Part shown: positions 22,713 to 33,309 of the stretch, in pieces
Position numbering within the stretch: the first letter of the stretch is position 1
Layout: each line of letters begins with the position of its first letter
Assembly: GCA_963708135.1 (NCBI GenBank)
Contig: OY970192.1
Location: 2,336,001-2,400,000, forward strand
Direction: 5' to 3'
DNA length: 64,000 nt
Source of the DNA: an uncultured Gemmatimonadales bacterium
GTDB lineage: Bacteria; Gemmatimonadota; Gemmatimonadetes; Longimicrobiales; RSA9
Program-made: the position numbers and the translations under genes
The notes under the pieces: model-generated
Told to the model about the DNA's origin: nothing
Database searches by the model: none
What the model saw: only the letters and a program-made list of their open reading frames with translations

Positions 22713-23425
22713 CAGAGCCTCCCCTCACGGGCCAGCGCGCCGATGAACTCGGTGGCGAAGCCCTCCAGCTCGCCGGCGAACGCGTTCAGCCGGCTGACGA
22801 ACAGGTTGTACGCGATGATCGCCGGGATCGCCACCACCAGCCCGGCCACCGTCGTCACGAGCGCCTCCGCGATCCCCGGCGCCACGGCGGCGATGCTCGC
22901 CGAGCCGCGGGCGGTGATGCCGACGAACGCGTCCATGACACCGATCACGGTGCCGAGCAGGCCGAGCAGCGGGGACACGGCGCCGATCACGGCCAGCCAG
23001 GGGAGCCCGCGCACGAGATCGTCCGTCTGCTCGTCCTGCTCCTTCTCCAGCATCATCTTGAGCGCCTGGAGCTCCGCCTCGGAGAGGTGCTCCCCCGCGG
23101 GCGCCTCCTCCCGCAACGCGTTCGGCCGCAGCTCGGTGAAGAAGTTCACGCCCTGCCGGAACACCCGCGTGTAGGGCGTCTCCGGCAGCCGGACCACCGA
23201 CTTGTAGGCGTCCTCGAGGCGCTGCGTTCGCTCGAGCGCCTGCAGGAAGCGCTGCGCCTGCCGGCGGATGCGCCGGAACTGGCCGACCTTCCACAGAATG
23301 ATCACCCAGCTCACCAGCGAGAAGATGGCCGCGACGCCCAGCACGAGCTGCTTGGAGATGGAGCCGCCGAAGATGAGCTGCGCCGTGCTCGTCGCCGGCT
23401 GCTGAAGCTGCAGGGCCAGGATCAT
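22712..23425 (-). CDS. tolQ: TolQ/ExbB proton channel
   Basis: SPLLGLLGTVIGVM, VAPGIAEALVTTVAGLVVAIPA. Start placed at ATG 23425 (ATGA overlap). Confidence 0.9.
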   Translation of the reverse strand: MILALQLQQPATSTAQLIFGGSISKQLVLGVAAIFSLVSWVIILWKVGQFRRIRRQAQRFLQALERTQRLEDAYKSVVRLPETPYTRVFRQGVNFFTELRPNALREEAPAGEHLSEAELQALKMMLEKEQDEQTDDLVRGLPWLAVIGAVSPLLGLLGTVIGVMDAFVGITARGSASIAAVAPGIAEALVTTVAGLVVAIPAIIAYNLFVSRLNAFAGELEGFATEFIGALAREGRL

Positions 23426-24372
23426 TCCGCTCCACCGTTGGAGATGTGTTCGAAGGTCCGCAGCAGCCCCTCGGCGAGGGGCGTCGCGGGTGACCAGCCG
23501 AGCGCCCGCAGGCGGCCCGCATCCAGGGACGAGTGCAGGAGCTCGCCCGCCCGCGCGGGCGCGTGCTCCAGCTCGGTCGCGCGGCCGCTCGCCTCCATGA
23601 GCGCACGCGCCAGGCCGAGCACGGACGTCTCGCACCCGGTGCCGACGTTGAACGCGCGGTCGTCGATCCCTGCGGCCGGCTCGAGCCCCGCGTCGGCGAG
23701 CAGTGCGTTCGCCCGCACCACGTCGCCCACGTACACGTAGTCCCGGGTCTGGGTGCCGTCGCCGAAGATGGTCAGCGGGCGTCCGGCGAGGAGCCGCTTG
23801 CAGAAGATCGCGACCACCCCCGCCTCGCCGTGTGGATCCTGGCGCGGCCCGTACACGTTCGAGTACCGCAGCGCGGCGTACTCGAGGCCGTGCACGACGT
23901 GGTAGTAGTGGAGGTAGTACTCGGCGGCGAGCTTCGAGACGCCGTACGGGGAGTGCGGCGCCTTCGGCGTGGTCTCGGGCGTCGGCCGGACCTCGGGCTC
24001 ACCGTAGACAACGCCGCCGGAGGAGATGAACAGCACCCGGCCGGCGCCGTGGATGCGCGCGGCCTCCAGCACGTTGAGCAGGCCGAGGACGTTCGTGCGG
24101 GCGTCCATGGCTGGATCGGCCACGGAGCGGCGTACGTCGATCTGCGCGGCGTGGTGGCTCACCAGGTCGAAGCCGCCGACGCTCCGGAAGAGCGCCCGCA
24201 CGGCGGCATCGGCGATGTCCATCCGCACCAGCTCGGCGCCGCGAGGCACGTTTTCCTCGCGCCCGGAGGAGAGGTCGTCCAGCACCCAGACCCGGTCGCC
24301 GCGGGCGAGGTGCGCCTCGGCCACGTGGCTACCGATGAAGCCGGCGCCGCCGGTGACGAGCACCCTCTTCAC
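23422..24372 (-). CDS. NAD-dependent epimerase/dehydratase (UDP-glucose 4-epimerase-like)
   Basis: TGGAGFIGSH, HHAAQIDVRRSV, YGVSK, NVYGPRQDPHGEAGVV. GTG start overlaps the hemA stop. Confidence 0.9.
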   Translation of the reverse strand: MKRVLVTGGAGFIGSHVAEAHLARGDRVWVLDDLSSGREENVPRGAELVRMDIADAAVRALFRSVGGFDLVSHHAAQIDVRRSVADPAMDARTNVLGLLNVLEAARIHGAGRVLFISSGGVVYGEPEVRPTPETTPKAPHSPYGVSKLAAEYYLHYYHVVHGLEYAALRYSNVYGPRQDPHGEAGVVAIFCKRLLAGRPLTIFGDGTQTRDYVYVGDVVRANALLADAGLEPAAGIDDRAFNVGTGCETSVLGLARALMEASGRATELEHAPARAGELLHSSLDAGRLRALGWSPATPLAEGLLRTFEHISNGGAE

Positions 24373-25679
24373 GAGTCGCCGCTCTCCCCGGTGGCCTCCC
24401 CCTCCTCGCCCTCCAGCGCGAACAGATAGCGGGCGGCGTCGAGCACCTCGGACGCGCCGCCGTTCGCGGCGGCGGCGCGCAGCCGTGCCGTGGGCGAGTG
24501 CAGGAACTTGTTGAGCAGCTGTCTGGTGAGCACGTCCACGGCCTGTCGATCCTCCTCCGAAAGGTGCGCCATGCGACGCAGCGCCTTCTCCAGCTCCGCG
24601 CGCCGCACCTCCTCCGCCTGCGAGCGCATGGTGCGGATGAAGGGCACGACGTCCCGGGCCGCGTACCACGCCCAGAACTCGTCCACCCCCGCCTGCACGA
24701 TCCGCTCCGCCTTCGGCACCTCGAGCGCGCGCCTCTCGAGGTTCGCGTCCACGATCTGCTTCAGGTCGTCGAGGTGGTAGAGGAACACGTTCGGGATCTC
24801 GCCCACCTCCGGCTCCACGTCCCGGGGCAGCGCGATGTCCACGATCAGCAGCGGGTGCTGCGGCCCATCCGGCAGCGCCGCCTCCACCAGCTCGCGCGTC
24901 AGCACCGCGTGCGGCGCCGCCGTGGCGCTCACCACGATCTCCGCCTGCGCAAGCAGCGGCCGCAGCTCCTCAAAGCGCACCGCGCGGCAGCCGACCCGCT
25001 CCGCCACCGCCCGGGCCCGCGCCTCCGTCCGGTTGGCGACGACGACTCCGGCCACGCCCTCCGCCGTGAGGCATTCCAGCGCCAGCTCGCTCATCTCGCC
25101 GGCGCCGAGCACCACGGCACTGCGGCCGCGCAGCCCGCCGAAGATCTTGCGGGCGAGCTCCACCGCCGCGGAGGGGATCGATGCGGCTCCGGTGCCGAGC
25201 TGGGTCTCCGCCCGCACCCTGCCGCCGATCGAGAGCGCCGTCTGGAACAGCCTGGACAACACCGCGCCGGCCGCCTTGCCGCCATCGTCGAGTTGCGCGG
25301 CGCGCTCGTAGGCGCCCCTCACCTGCCCCTGGATCTGCGCCTCGCCCACGATCATGGAATCGAGGCTCGAGACCACGCGGAACAGGTGCTCCGCGCCCTG
25401 CCGCTCCTCGAACGCGTAGAAATAGCGGCCGGCCTCCTCCACCGCGAGCCCCGCGTGCTCCGCGAGCAGCGCCGGCGCCCGCACGCCGAGGGCGGGGTCC
25501 GCGAGCCGCATGTACAGCTCGGTGCGGTTGCAGGTGGAGAGGAGCACCGCCTCCTCGGCGTCGCCGCTGCCGGTGAGCCGGGCGAGCGCGTCCCCCGCCT
25601 GGGCGGGCGTGAACACGAAGCACTCGCGCACCTCCACGGGGGCGGTGCGGTGGCTGAGTCCGATGACCTTCAGCGCCAC
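24369..25679 (-). CDS. hemA: glutamyl-tRNA reductase
   Basis: GLSHRTAPVEVRE, LSTCNRTE, LDSMIVGEAQIQGQ, GAGEM, DIALPRDV. Confidence 0.96.
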   Translation of the reverse strand: MALKVIGLSHRTAPVEVRECFVFTPAQAGDALARLTGSGDAEEAVLLSTCNRTELYMRLADPALGVRAPALLAEHAGLAVEEAGRYFYAFEERQGAEHLFRVVSSLDSMIVGEAQIQGQVRGAYERAAQLDDGGKAAGAVLSRLFQTALSIGGRVRAETQLGTGAASIPSAAVELARKIFGGLRGRSAVVLGAGEMSELALECLTAEGVAGVVVANRTEARARAVAERVGCRAVRFEELRPLLAQAEIVVSATAAPHAVLTRELVEAALPDGPQHPLLIVDIALPRDVEPEVGEIPNVFLYHLDDLKQIVDANLERRALEVPKAERIVQAGVDEFWAWYAARDVVPFIRTMRSQAEEVRRAELEKALRRMAHLSEEDRQAVDVLTRQLLNKFLHSPTARLRAAAANGGASEVLDAARYLFALEGEEGEATGESGDS

Positions 25680-25701
25680 GCTGGGCCGTCCCTCCGGCCG
25701 C

Positions 25702-26517
25702 TCACAGGAACAGTCGCCCCTGGGCCAGGGCGACCTTGAGGGCGAGGTAGGCCACCACCACCACGACGAATCCCACCACGCTGGTGAGCGCGACGCGGCG
25801 CTCCCGGCCCGCGCCGGTCATGCCGGCGGCGAGCGCGGCGAGGAAGACGAACCAGCTGAGCACACCCCAGATGACCTGCGGGTTGGCGATGGCAAAGGAG
25901 TGCCGGAAGCGGACGGTCCATGCCCAGCCGAGGACCAGCGTCAGCGTGAGCGCAGGGAAGCCGATGCGCAGCGCCTGCCGGCTGATCCGGTCGAGCGTCT
26001 CGAGCGCCGGGAAGAAGCGGAAGATGCGCCCGAAGCGCTTGGCCTTGAGCTCGCGGAACTGGATCAGGTAGAGCACCCCCGCCGCGAACGCGACGGCCAG
26101 GCCCGCATAGCCGATGAAGCCGAGCACCACGTGGAGCGCGAACCAGGGGCCGCGGAACGCGAGCGGCTCGCCGGTCGGGTGCAGTCCGAGAAAAAGCGCG
26201 GCCACGAGCAGCAGGCCGATCAGCGGGATCATGACCAGCCCGAGCGGCCGCGCCTCCCGGAACAGCTGCGCCACCAGCAGGAACGCCGCCATGAGCAGCG
26301 CCAGCGTGGACAGCGACGGCGCGAGCCCCACCAGCGGCAGCTCCGCGTATTGGGTCACGTACAGGACCAGCCCCGCGGCGTGCACCAGCGCACCGCCGCC
26401 CAGCAGGGCGACGCCGCTGGGCGGCGCCATGCGCCGGCCTTCGGCGAGAGAGCCCACCAGGACCGCTGCGGCGCCCGCATACAGCGCCAGAGCCAGGGCG
26501 TGAAGAATCGTGATCAT
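25702..26517 (-). CDS. cytochrome c assembly protein (CcsA/HemX-like)
   Basis: Multiple TM helices, conserved His (ALHVVLG), FPALETLD; upstream of hemA. Confidence 0.8.
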   Translation of the reverse strand: MITILHALALALYAGAAAVLVGSLAEGRRMAPPSGVALLGGGALVHAAGLVLYVTQYAELPLVGLAPSLSTLALLMAAFLLVAQLFREARPLGLVMIPLIGLLLVAALFLGLHPTGEPLAFRGPWFALHVVLGFIGYAGLAVAFAAGVLYLIQFRELKAKRFGRIFRFFPALETLDRISRQALRIGFPALTLTLVLGWAWTVRFRHSFAIANPQVIWGVLSWFVFLAALAAGMTGAGRERRVALTSVVGFVVVVVAYLALKVALAQGRLFL

Positions 26518-26592
26518 ATCCGCCAAAGATGCGGGCGCCGTGAGGCGCCCGACATGAGATACACCACCGTCACGCCCCCGATCCCCGGGCCG

Positions 26593-27753
26593 TCACGGCG
26601 CTTTCGCCACGAGCTGGACCGGCACCCCGCTCCTGAGCCCGGCGTGCGTGACGGACGTGACGCGGACGGTCGAGACCCGCTCTCCCACACGCACCACGGT
26701 GAAACGCGCGAGCGCCACCGGCGGGAGCGTGCGGCTCTCCGCACCCGGCGAGGGCTCCGAGGGCTCGTACGCCTCGAGCTGGTCACCCAGCGCCAGGCCC
26801 TGCGCCCGACCGAGGCTGACGAACGCCACGTCCATCGTGCCGTACAGGGGCTGCTCCTCCAGGAACCCGAGCACCGTCCCCCGCGGCCCGCTCTGCACCG
26901 GCTCCGCGCGCGCGGCCGCCCCTGGATACGCCGGCAGCGCCAGCGCCCTCTGGCCCCGGATCACCGTCCCGAACTGCCGCGCGACCGTGGCCACCGCCAC
27001 CCCGGCGCCCACGCTGTCCACCCGCAGGATCGCCACCGGCTGGATGATCCGGCCGGAGCCCGAAATCTCCCGGCCGACCTCCTCCAGCTGCAGTCGCTGA
27101 CCGACCTCCAGGCGCTGCCCGCCCTCGAAGCCCAGGAACACCGACTCCTGCGGGTGCAGCGACTGCGTCAGCCGATCCTGCCCCGTGCTCGGATCCACCT
27201 CCCGGAGAAGCCGCGCCACCACCGGCAGCGCCTCCGGCTCCGCCACCCACGCCGCCGACTGGAACTCCGTCTCCGGGACCAGCGGCCGCTCCAGGCTCGC
27301 CACCGTGTCCATCCCCGCCGCGCCCTGGCCCGAATCGTAGAACACCGTGCGCGCCTCCGGGGCAGCCGCCACGCCCATGGGCACGGCCTGCGCCGGAGCC
27401 GCCTCGGCCGGCGCCGCCGCAGCCGGCGCGGGAGCCGCCCTCGTCGCGTCCGCCGCCATCACGGGGCCGGCGGGCGGGATGACCAGCCGCTCGGCCGGAT
27501 AGATGAGGTCCGGGTTGCGCACGACCGACCGGTTGGCCTGGTAGATCGCGGGCCAGAGAAACGGGTCGTTCAGATACTGGCGTGCCAGGTCCCAGAGGGT
27601 GTCGCCCTTCCGGACCACGTGCTCCCGCGCCGGGCCGTTCGCCGGCGCGGCCTTCGGCTGCTGCGCGCCGAGGGGCGCGCTGCCCAGCAGGGCCATGCAG
27701 GCGGCTGCCGCCGGCAGGATCCTCGTCCTCAAGGTTCCGCTCTCGTGGCTCAC
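26593..27753 (-). CDS. exported LysM peptidoglycan-binding protein
   Basis: Signal peptide, HVVRKGDTLWDLA...WPAIYQAN...NPDLIYP LysM motif, beta-rich C-terminal part. Confidence 0.85.
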   Translation of the reverse strand: MSHESGTLRTRILPAAAACMALLGSAPLGAQQPKAAPANGPAREHVVRKGDTLWDLARQYLNDPFLWPAIYQANRSVVRNPDLIYPAERLVIPPAGPVMAADATRAAPAPAAAAPAEAAPAQAVPMGVAAAPEARTVFYDSGQGAAGMDTVASLERPLVPETEFQSAAWVAEPEALPVVARLLREVDPSTGQDRLTQSLHPQESVFLGFEGGQRLEVGQRLQLEEVGREISGSGRIIQPVAILRVDSVGAGVAVATVARQFGTVIRGQRALALPAYPGAAARAEPVQSGPRGTVLGFLEEQPLYGTMDVAFVSLGRAQGLALGDQLEAYEPSEPSPGAESRTLPPVALARFTVVRVGERVSTVRVTSVTHAGLRSGVPVQLVAKAP

Positions 27754-27763
27754 GGGGTTCTCC

Positions 27764-28177
27764 TTAGAAGGGGAGATCGTCCTCGAGCGACGCTCGTGGC
27801 AGCTCCGGCTCCGGAGGCCACGTGACCGACTCCGCGGGCGGGCCGTGCGGCTCGCCGAGGAGGATCAGGTCACGCGCGACGATCTCGGTGGCGTAACGCA
27901 TCCGCCCCGAGGCATCCTCCCACGCGCGGTGCTCGAGCCGCCCTTCGACGAACAGGCGGTCTCCCCTGCGGACGAGGCGCTGCACCGTCTCCGCCAGGGC
28001 TTCCCAGGCGATGATGCGGTGCCACTCCGTCCTCTCCGCCGGGCCGGCCGGGCCCCTGGTGCGCCGGCTGGTGGCCACCGAGAAGCTGGCCACGCGAGCC
28101 CCGTCAGCGGTCGTCCGGAGCTCCGGCTCGCCGCCCACGTGGCCGATCAGCATCGCGCAATTCAGGCTCCGGCTCAT
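27764..28177 (-). CDS. ssb: single-stranded DNA-binding protein
   Basis: LIGHVGGEPELRTT, ERTEWHRI, VEGRL, C-terminal DDLPF. Confidence 0.9.
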   Translation of the reverse strand: MSRSLNCAMLIGHVGGEPELRTTADGARVASFSVATSRRTRGPAGPAERTEWHRIIAWEALAETVQRLVRRGDRLFVEGRLEHRAWEDASGRMRYATEIVARDLILLGEPHGPPAESVTWPPEPELPRASLEDDLPF

Positions 28178-28215
28178 CCTGCTCAGCACGGGATGGATGC
28201 CCGGGGAGATGACCG

Positions 28216-28244
28216 AAGATACGCCGCATCTCGGCCCGTGTCAA
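28216..28244 (-). promoter_or_regulatory. sigma70-like promoter for ssb
   Basis: TTGACA (28244-28239, overlapping the hemB TGA), 17 nt, then TATCTT (28221-28216). Confidence 0.65.
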
Positions 28245-29245
28245 TCGAATGCAGCCCCCGCAGCCGGTGTGGCGAGGCGGCGCCGGGCGAACTCGCGGGC
28301 CCAGTAGGTGACGATCATGTCCGCGCCGGCCCGCTTGATCGAGAGGAGCGCCTCCTCCATGGAGCGGTCGAGGTCGAGCCAGCCGAGGCGGGCGGCGGCC
28401 TGGAGGGCCGCGTATTCGCCCGAGACGTGGTAGGCGCACAGCGGATAGCCGGTCTCCTGCTTGACGCGCCAGATGATGTCGAGGTAGGCGAGTGCGGGCT
28501 TGACCATGATCATGTCGGCGCCCTCCTCGATGTCGAGGCGCACCTCCCGCAGCGCCTCGTTGCCGTTGGCGGGGTCCATCTGGTAGGCGCGGCGATCGCC
28601 GAAGGCGGGCGCGCTCTCCGCGGCTTCGCGGAACGGGCCGTAGAAGGCGGACGCGTACTTGGCGGCGTAGGAGAGGATCGGCACCTCGGCGAAGCCCTCC
28701 TCGTCGAGGGTACGCCGGATCGCGGCCACGCGGCCGTCCATCATGTCGCTCGGCGCCACGATGTCGGCGCCGGCGCGCGCGTGGCTGAGCGCCTGCCGGG
28801 CGAGGTGGGAGAGGGTGGCGTCGTTGTCCACGCGTCCGTCACGGAGGATCCCGCAGTGCCCGTGGGAGGTGTACTCGCACAGGCAGACGTCGGTCGCGAC
28901 CAGCAGCTCGGGCAGTTCCCTCTTGATGGCGGCGACGGCGCGCTGGACCACGCCGTGCGCGTCGGCGCCGCTCGAGCCGGTCTCGTCCTTTTCGTCGGGG
29001 ATGCCGAAGAGGAGGACGGCCGGGACGCCGAGGTCGGCCGCCTCGGCGGCATCGCGGACCGCCTCGTCGGCGGAGGTCTGGTCCACGCCCGGCATCGAGG
29101 ACACGGGCCGGCGCACTCCTTCGCCCGGGACCACGAAGAGGGGCAGGATCAGGTCATCGACCGTGACGTGGGTCTCGCGCACGAGGCGGCGCAGCGTCTC
29201 GCTCCCGCGCAGGCGGCGGGGCCGGTATTCGGGGAAGGCGGCCAT
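28241..29245 (-). CDS. hemB: porphobilinogen synthase
   Basis: [50 protein letters not shown]. Confidence 0.96.
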   Translation of the reverse strand: MAAFPEYRPRRLRGSETLRRLVRETHVTVDDLILPLFVVPGEGVRRPVSSMPGVDQTSADEAVRDAAEAADLGVPAVLLFGIPDEKDETGSSGADAHGVVQRAVAAIKRELPELLVATDVCLCEYTSHGHCGILRDGRVDNDATLSHLARQALSHARAGADIVAPSDMMDGRVAAIRRTLDEEGFAEVPILSYAAKYASAFYGPFREAAESAPAFGDRRAYQMDPANGNEALREVRLDIEEGADMIMVKPALAYLDIIWRVKQETGYPLCAYHVSGEYAALQAAARLGWLDLDRSMEEALLSIKRAGADMIVTYWAREFARRRLATPAAGAAFD

Positions 29246-29246
29246 G

Positions 29247-29699
29247 TCAGTACGACTCCACTTGCTTCTTCATGACGAGTGCATCCTCCAGTGGCTCCAT
29301 GTAGTAGTTGCGGCGGCGGCCGACCTCGACGAAGCCGTAGCTCTCATACAGCCGGCGGGCGCCGTCGTTCGAGATCCGCACCTCCAGGAACACCTCGCGG
29401 ACGCCACGCTCGGCGGCGCGCTCGAGCACCGCATCGATGAGGGCGCGCGCGACGCCGCGCCTGCGGAAGTCGGGCGCGCTGGCGACGTTGCCCAGCTCCC
29501 CCTGGTCCAGCACGGCCCAGAACACGGCGTAACCAGCGATCTCGCCCTCGATCTCGGCTACGAAGAGGTCGGCGTCGCGGCGCCGGAGCAGGCCGCGGAA
29601 CGTCGCCTCGGTCCAGGGCATGGTGTAGGCCTCGCGCTCGACCTCCATCACCCTCGGCAGGTCATCGCTCCGCATCGCGCGGATGCGCGCCGTGCTCAT
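29247..29699 (-). CDS. rimI: ribosomal protein S18 alanine N-acetyltransferase
   Basis: GNAT motifs [21 protein letters not shown]...EDALVM; adjacent to tsaB. Confidence 0.9.
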   Translation of the reverse strand: MSTARIRAMRSDDLPRVMEVEREAYTMPWTEATFRGLLRRRDADLFVAEIEGEIAGYAVFWAVLDQGELGNVASAPDFRRRGVARALIDAVLERAAERGVREVFLEVRISNDGARRLYESYGFVEVGRRRNYYMEPLEDALVMKKQVESY

Positions 29700-30388
29700 C
29701 ACGAGCCCGGACTCCATTCGCGCAGGTACGCCGGCTCCCACGCGGCCGGGTCCTCGACCCGCCCCGCGCCTGGATCGGCTCCCGCGAGCCAGAGGAGCGC
29801 CCCCGCCCGCGGGATGCAGAGGTAGGGGGGCGCGAGGGTCCCCCCGGCGTCCGCGATCCTCTCCCGGTAGCGGAGCGCGCCCTCGCCGGCGTAGAGAGGC
29901 GCGTGGGGCGCGAGCGCGTCGAGCAGCCTGTCGAGCGGCAGCGCGACGGGCTCGAGCAGCATCTCGATCCCCGCCCATTGAGGGAAGGCGTAGCAGGCGG
30001 CGTAGACCTCTCCGCGGCGGGCGTCGAAGAGGGCACAGACGGGCCGGGGCCCCGCGCCGAGCGCGGCCGCCAGGCCGAGGAGCCCGGGATACGCGTAGAG
30101 CGGCACGCCCAGCGCGCGCACCAGTCCTTTGGCCGTGGCGCCCGCGATCCGGATCCCGGTGAAGGACCCCGGCCCTCCGGCGACGACGACGCCGCCGAGG
30201 TCGTCCGGCGCGACGCCGGCCCGGCCGAGGACGAAGTCGATGGTGGGCAGCAGCGCCTCCGCGTGCCGGCTGCTGACGCCCACGACGGCCTCGGCCAGGA
30301 TGCGCTCCGGGTGTCCGACGGCGACGCTTCCCGTCGCGGTGGAGGTGTCCACGGCCAGGAGCGGGCGGGGCGGTTCGCGGCGGCTCAC
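29699..30388 (-). CDS. tsaB: tRNA t6A biosynthesis protein TsaB
   Basis: LAVDTST, GPGSFTGIRI, DARRGEVY, EPAYLR. Confidence 0.93.
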   Translation of the reverse strand: MSRREPPRPLLAVDTSTATGSVAVGHPERILAEAVVGVSSRHAEALLPTIDFVLGRAGVAPDDLGGVVVAGGPGSFTGIRIAGATAKGLVRALGVPLYAYPGLLGLAAALGAGPRPVCALFDARRGEVYAACYAFPQWAGIEMLLEPVALPLDRLLDALAPHAPLYAGEGALRYRERIADAGGTLAPPYLCIPRAGALLWLAGADPGAGRVEDPAAWEPAYLREWSPGS

Positions 30389-30831
30389 GGGGCGATGCGG
30401 ATGCCGGGGAGGTCGGGTGGCGTGCCGCGCCGCACGGCGTGGACGCGGCGGTGGTCGGCCGCGGCGGCCGGGTCGAGGTGGATGTCCCAACGGTCGGACG
30501 GCAGGAGCTCCTCGGCACGCTCGGGCCACTCCACGAGCACGATTTCCGGTCCATCCCCGAGCTCGCGCCAGCCGAGCTCCCAGACCTCCTCCGGGTCGTC
30601 CAGCCGGTAGAGGTCGAGGTGGGCGACGTCCAGCCCGCGCGCGCCGTGGTAGCGGAACAGCAGGTTGAAGGTCGGCGACGGAAGGTGCCCCTCGACGCCA
30701 GCGCCGCGCGCCACCGCGCGCGCGAGCACGGACTTCCCCGCTCCGAGCGGCCCGCGCAGCGCGAGGAAGGCGGGCGCATCGACGAGGGCGCCGATGCGCT
30801 CGCCCCAGGCCGTCAGCTCGAGCTCGTTCAT
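30385..30831 (-). CDS. tsaE: tRNA t6A biosynthesis ATPase TsaE
   Basis: [26 protein letters not shown]. Confidence 0.93.
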   Translation of the reverse strand: MNELELTAWGERIGALVDAPAFLALRGPLGAGKSVLARAVARGAGVEGHLPSPTFNLLFRYHGARGLDVAHLDLYRLDDPEEVWELGWRELGDGPEIVLVEWPERAEELLPSDRWDIHLDPAAAADHRRVHAVRRGTPPDLPGIRIAP

Positions 30832-32846
30832 TTCGACGGGGCCGAGCCCGCCTTCCCCCGGCCGAGCCGCGCCTGCACGTCCATCAGCTGGTCCCGCAGG
30901 AGCGCCGCGCGCTCGAAGTCTCGCGCCGCCGCCGCCTCCCGCATCTGGTGCTCCAGGATCTTGGCCCATTCCTCGAGGTTCACCTCCTGGGCGTAGCTGG
31001 CCCGTGGCTCGGCCACCCGGGCGGGGGCCTGGTGCCGCGCGTCGGCCACGCGCGTGGCGAGCATGCGCTCCTCCACGCTCTTCACGATCGTCTGCGGCGT
31101 GATCCCGTGCGCCTCGTTGTAGCTCCGCTGCATCTCGCGGCGCCGGTCCATCTCCTCAATGCAGCGGGACATGGACCCGGTGACCCGGTCCGCGTACATG
31201 ATGGCCTTGCCGGCGGCGTTGCGGGCGGCGCGGCCGACCGTCTGGATGAGCGAGCGCTCGTCGCGCAGGAACCCCTCCTTGTCTGCGTCCAGGATGGCGA
31301 CGAGCGAGACCTCGGGCAAATCCAGCCCCTCGCGGAGCAGGTTGATGCCGACGAGCACGTCGAACCTGCCGAGCCGGAGGTCGCGCAGGATCTCGACGCG
31401 CTCGATGGCGTCGATGTCGGAGTGCATGTACTGCACGCGGATCCCGATCTCCCTGAGGTAGTCGGAGAGGTCCTCCGACATCCGCTTCGTGAGGGTCGTG
31501 ACCAGCACCCGCTCCTGCCGGGCCTCGCGCTCGCGGATCTCTGCGATCAGGTCATCCACCTGCCCCTTCACCGGCCGCACCTCGACCTCCGGGTCGAGCA
31601 GCCCGGTGGGCCGGATGAGCTGCTCGACGACCACGCCGCCGGAGCGCGCGAGCTCGTAGTCCCCAGGCGTCGCCGAGACGAACAGCGCATGCGGCACCAG
31701 CTCCTCCCACTCCTCGAACCGGAGCGGCCGGTTGTCCAGCGCGCTCGGCAGCCGGAACCCGTAGTCCACCAGCGTCAGCTTGCGGGCACGGTCGCCGTTG
31801 TACATGCCGCGGATCTGCGGCACCGTCTGGTGCGACTCATCCATGATGACGAGGAAGTCCTCCGGGAAGTAGTCGAACAGGCATGCCGGCCGCTCCCCCG
31901 GCGCACGCCCGGTCAGGTGCCGCGAGTAGTTCTCCACCCCAGGGCAGGTGCCGATCTCGAGCAGCATCTCGATATCGAAGTTCGTGCGCTGCTCCAGCCG
32001 CTGCGCCTCGAGCAGCTTGCCCACGGCGCGCATCTCGAGCAGCCGGTCCTCGAGCTCGGCCCGGATCAGGTGCACCGCCCGCTCGACGGTCGAGCGCTGC
32101 GTCACGAAGTGGGTCGCCGGGTAGATGGCCGCGCGCCGGAGCCGCGTGATCGCCTCGCCGGTGAGCGGATCGAAACGCGTGATGCGCTCGACCTCGTCGC
32201 CGAACAGCTCGATGCGCACGGCCTGCTCCTCGTAGGCGGGGAACACCTCGATCGTGTCGCCGCGCACGCGGAAGGTGCCGCGCTGAAACTCGAAGTCGTT
32301 GCGGTTGTACTGGATGCCGACCAGCCCCTGCAGGATCTCCCGCCGCCCGATGTGCTGCCCCACGTCCACCGTGAGCATCAGCTGCCGGTACTCGCGCGGA
32401 TCCCCCAGGCCGTAGATGCAGGAGACCGACGCCACCACGATCACGTCCTCCCGTTCCATCAGCGAGGAGGTGGAGCGCAGCCGGAGCCGGTCGATGTCCT
32501 CGTTGATCGAGGAGTCCTTCTCGATGTAGGTGTCCGTGGAGGGGACGTACGCTTCAGGCTGATAGTAGTCGTAGTACGAGACGAAGTACTCGACCGCGTT
32601 CCTGGGAAAGAACTGCTTCAGCTCGCCGTACAGCTGCGCGGCCAGCGTCTTGTTGTGGCTCATCACCAGCGCCGGCTTGCCGTAGGCGGCGATCACCGAG
32701 GCCATGGTGACGGTCTTGCCCGAGCCGGTGACGCCGAGCAGGGTCTGGCTGCGGTCGCCCCGCGCCACCCCCTCGGAGAGCTCCGCGATCGCCTGCGGCT
32801 GGTCCCCCGCGAGCGCGAACGGGAGCTGAAGGTCGAAGGTGGACAT
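30828..32846 (-). CDS. uvrB: excinuclease ABC subunit B
   Basis: [40 protein letters not shown]-terminal UVR domain. True start is ATG 32846; the longer ORF-track start runs through a repeat. Confidence 0.97.
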   Translation of the reverse strand: MSTFDLQLPFALAGDQPQAIAELSEGVARGDRSQTLLGVTGSGKTVTMASVIAAYGKPALVMSHNKTLAAQLYGELKQFFPRNAVEYFVSYYDYYQPEAYVPSTDTYIEKDSSINEDIDRLRLRSTSSLMEREDVIVVASVSCIYGLGDPREYRQLMLTVDVGQHIGRREILQGLVGIQYNRNDFEFQRGTFRVRGDTIEVFPAYEEQAVRIELFGDEVERITRFDPLTGEAITRLRRAAIYPATHFVTQRSTVERAVHLIRAELEDRLLEMRAVGKLLEAQRLEQRTNFDIEMLLEIGTCPGVENYSRHLTGRAPGERPACLFDYFPEDFLVIMDESHQTVPQIRGMYNGDRARKLTLVDYGFRLPSALDNRPLRFEEWEELVPHALFVSATPGDYELARSGGVVVEQLIRPTGLLDPEVEVRPVKGQVDDLIAEIREREARQERVLVTTLTKRMSEDLSDYLREIGIRVQYMHSDIDAIERVEILRDLRLGRFDVLVGINLLREGLDLPEVSLVAILDADKEGFLRDERSLIQTVGRAARNAAGKAIMYADRVTGSMSRCIEEMDRRREMQRSYNEAHGITPQTIVKSVEERMLATRVADARHQAPARVAEPRASYAQEVNLEEWAKILEHQMREAAAARDFERAALLRDQLMDVQARLGRGKAGSAPSK

Positions 32847-32890
32847 GCGGTAATCTACCCCGGAACGGCGGGAGGGGTCGAGGGGGAGAC

Positions 32891-33000
32891 GCAAGAGCAA
32901 GAGCAAGCGCAAGAGCAAGAGCAAGCGCAAGAGCAAGAGCAAGAGCAAGAGCAAGAGCAAGCGCAAGGCGCAAGCGCAAGGCGCTAGAGCAAGCGCGAGA
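32891..33000 (+). repeat. tandem array of ~18 GCAAG(A/C) hexamer/heptamer units (left arm)
   Basis: GCAAGA/GCAAGC x12, then GCAAGGC GCAAGC GCAAGGC GCTAGA GCAAGC GCGAGA, read directly. Confidence 0.95.
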
Positions 33001-33309
33001 GTGGCGTGCTCTGCCATTCCGACGCCCCGGTGTTCGGGGCAGCGTTGGGGCGTCCAGCACGGGAGCGAACGAATGGAGCCGAAGAAGGTCGAGGCGTGTC
33101 GGGAGAACGAGAGGGCGGGACGCCGAGGGGCGCGATTCGATCACGAGCGCCTGGACGTGTTCCAGGTCTCACTCGATTTCGTGGTCCTGGCGCAGACGAT
33201 CGCGGGCGCCGCCGGGCGAGCCGCACCCGCGCTGGCCGACCAGCTGTCTTGCGCCGCTTTCTCGATTCCGCTCAACATTGCGGAAGGTTCCGGCGAATTC
33301 AGCCTGGGG

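Noticed and set aside
32891..33000. Possible CRISPR array
   Set aside because: Units are 6-7 bp and contiguous with no spacers; no cas genes are present.
32847..33144. Poly-Leu N-terminal extension of UvrB (ORF start 33017), poly-LA ORF 32554-33144 and QEQEQ tail of ORF 30948-32987
   Set aside because: All are translations of the hexamer repeat. The UvrB domain begins at ATG 32846, which has its own -10-like TAGATT.
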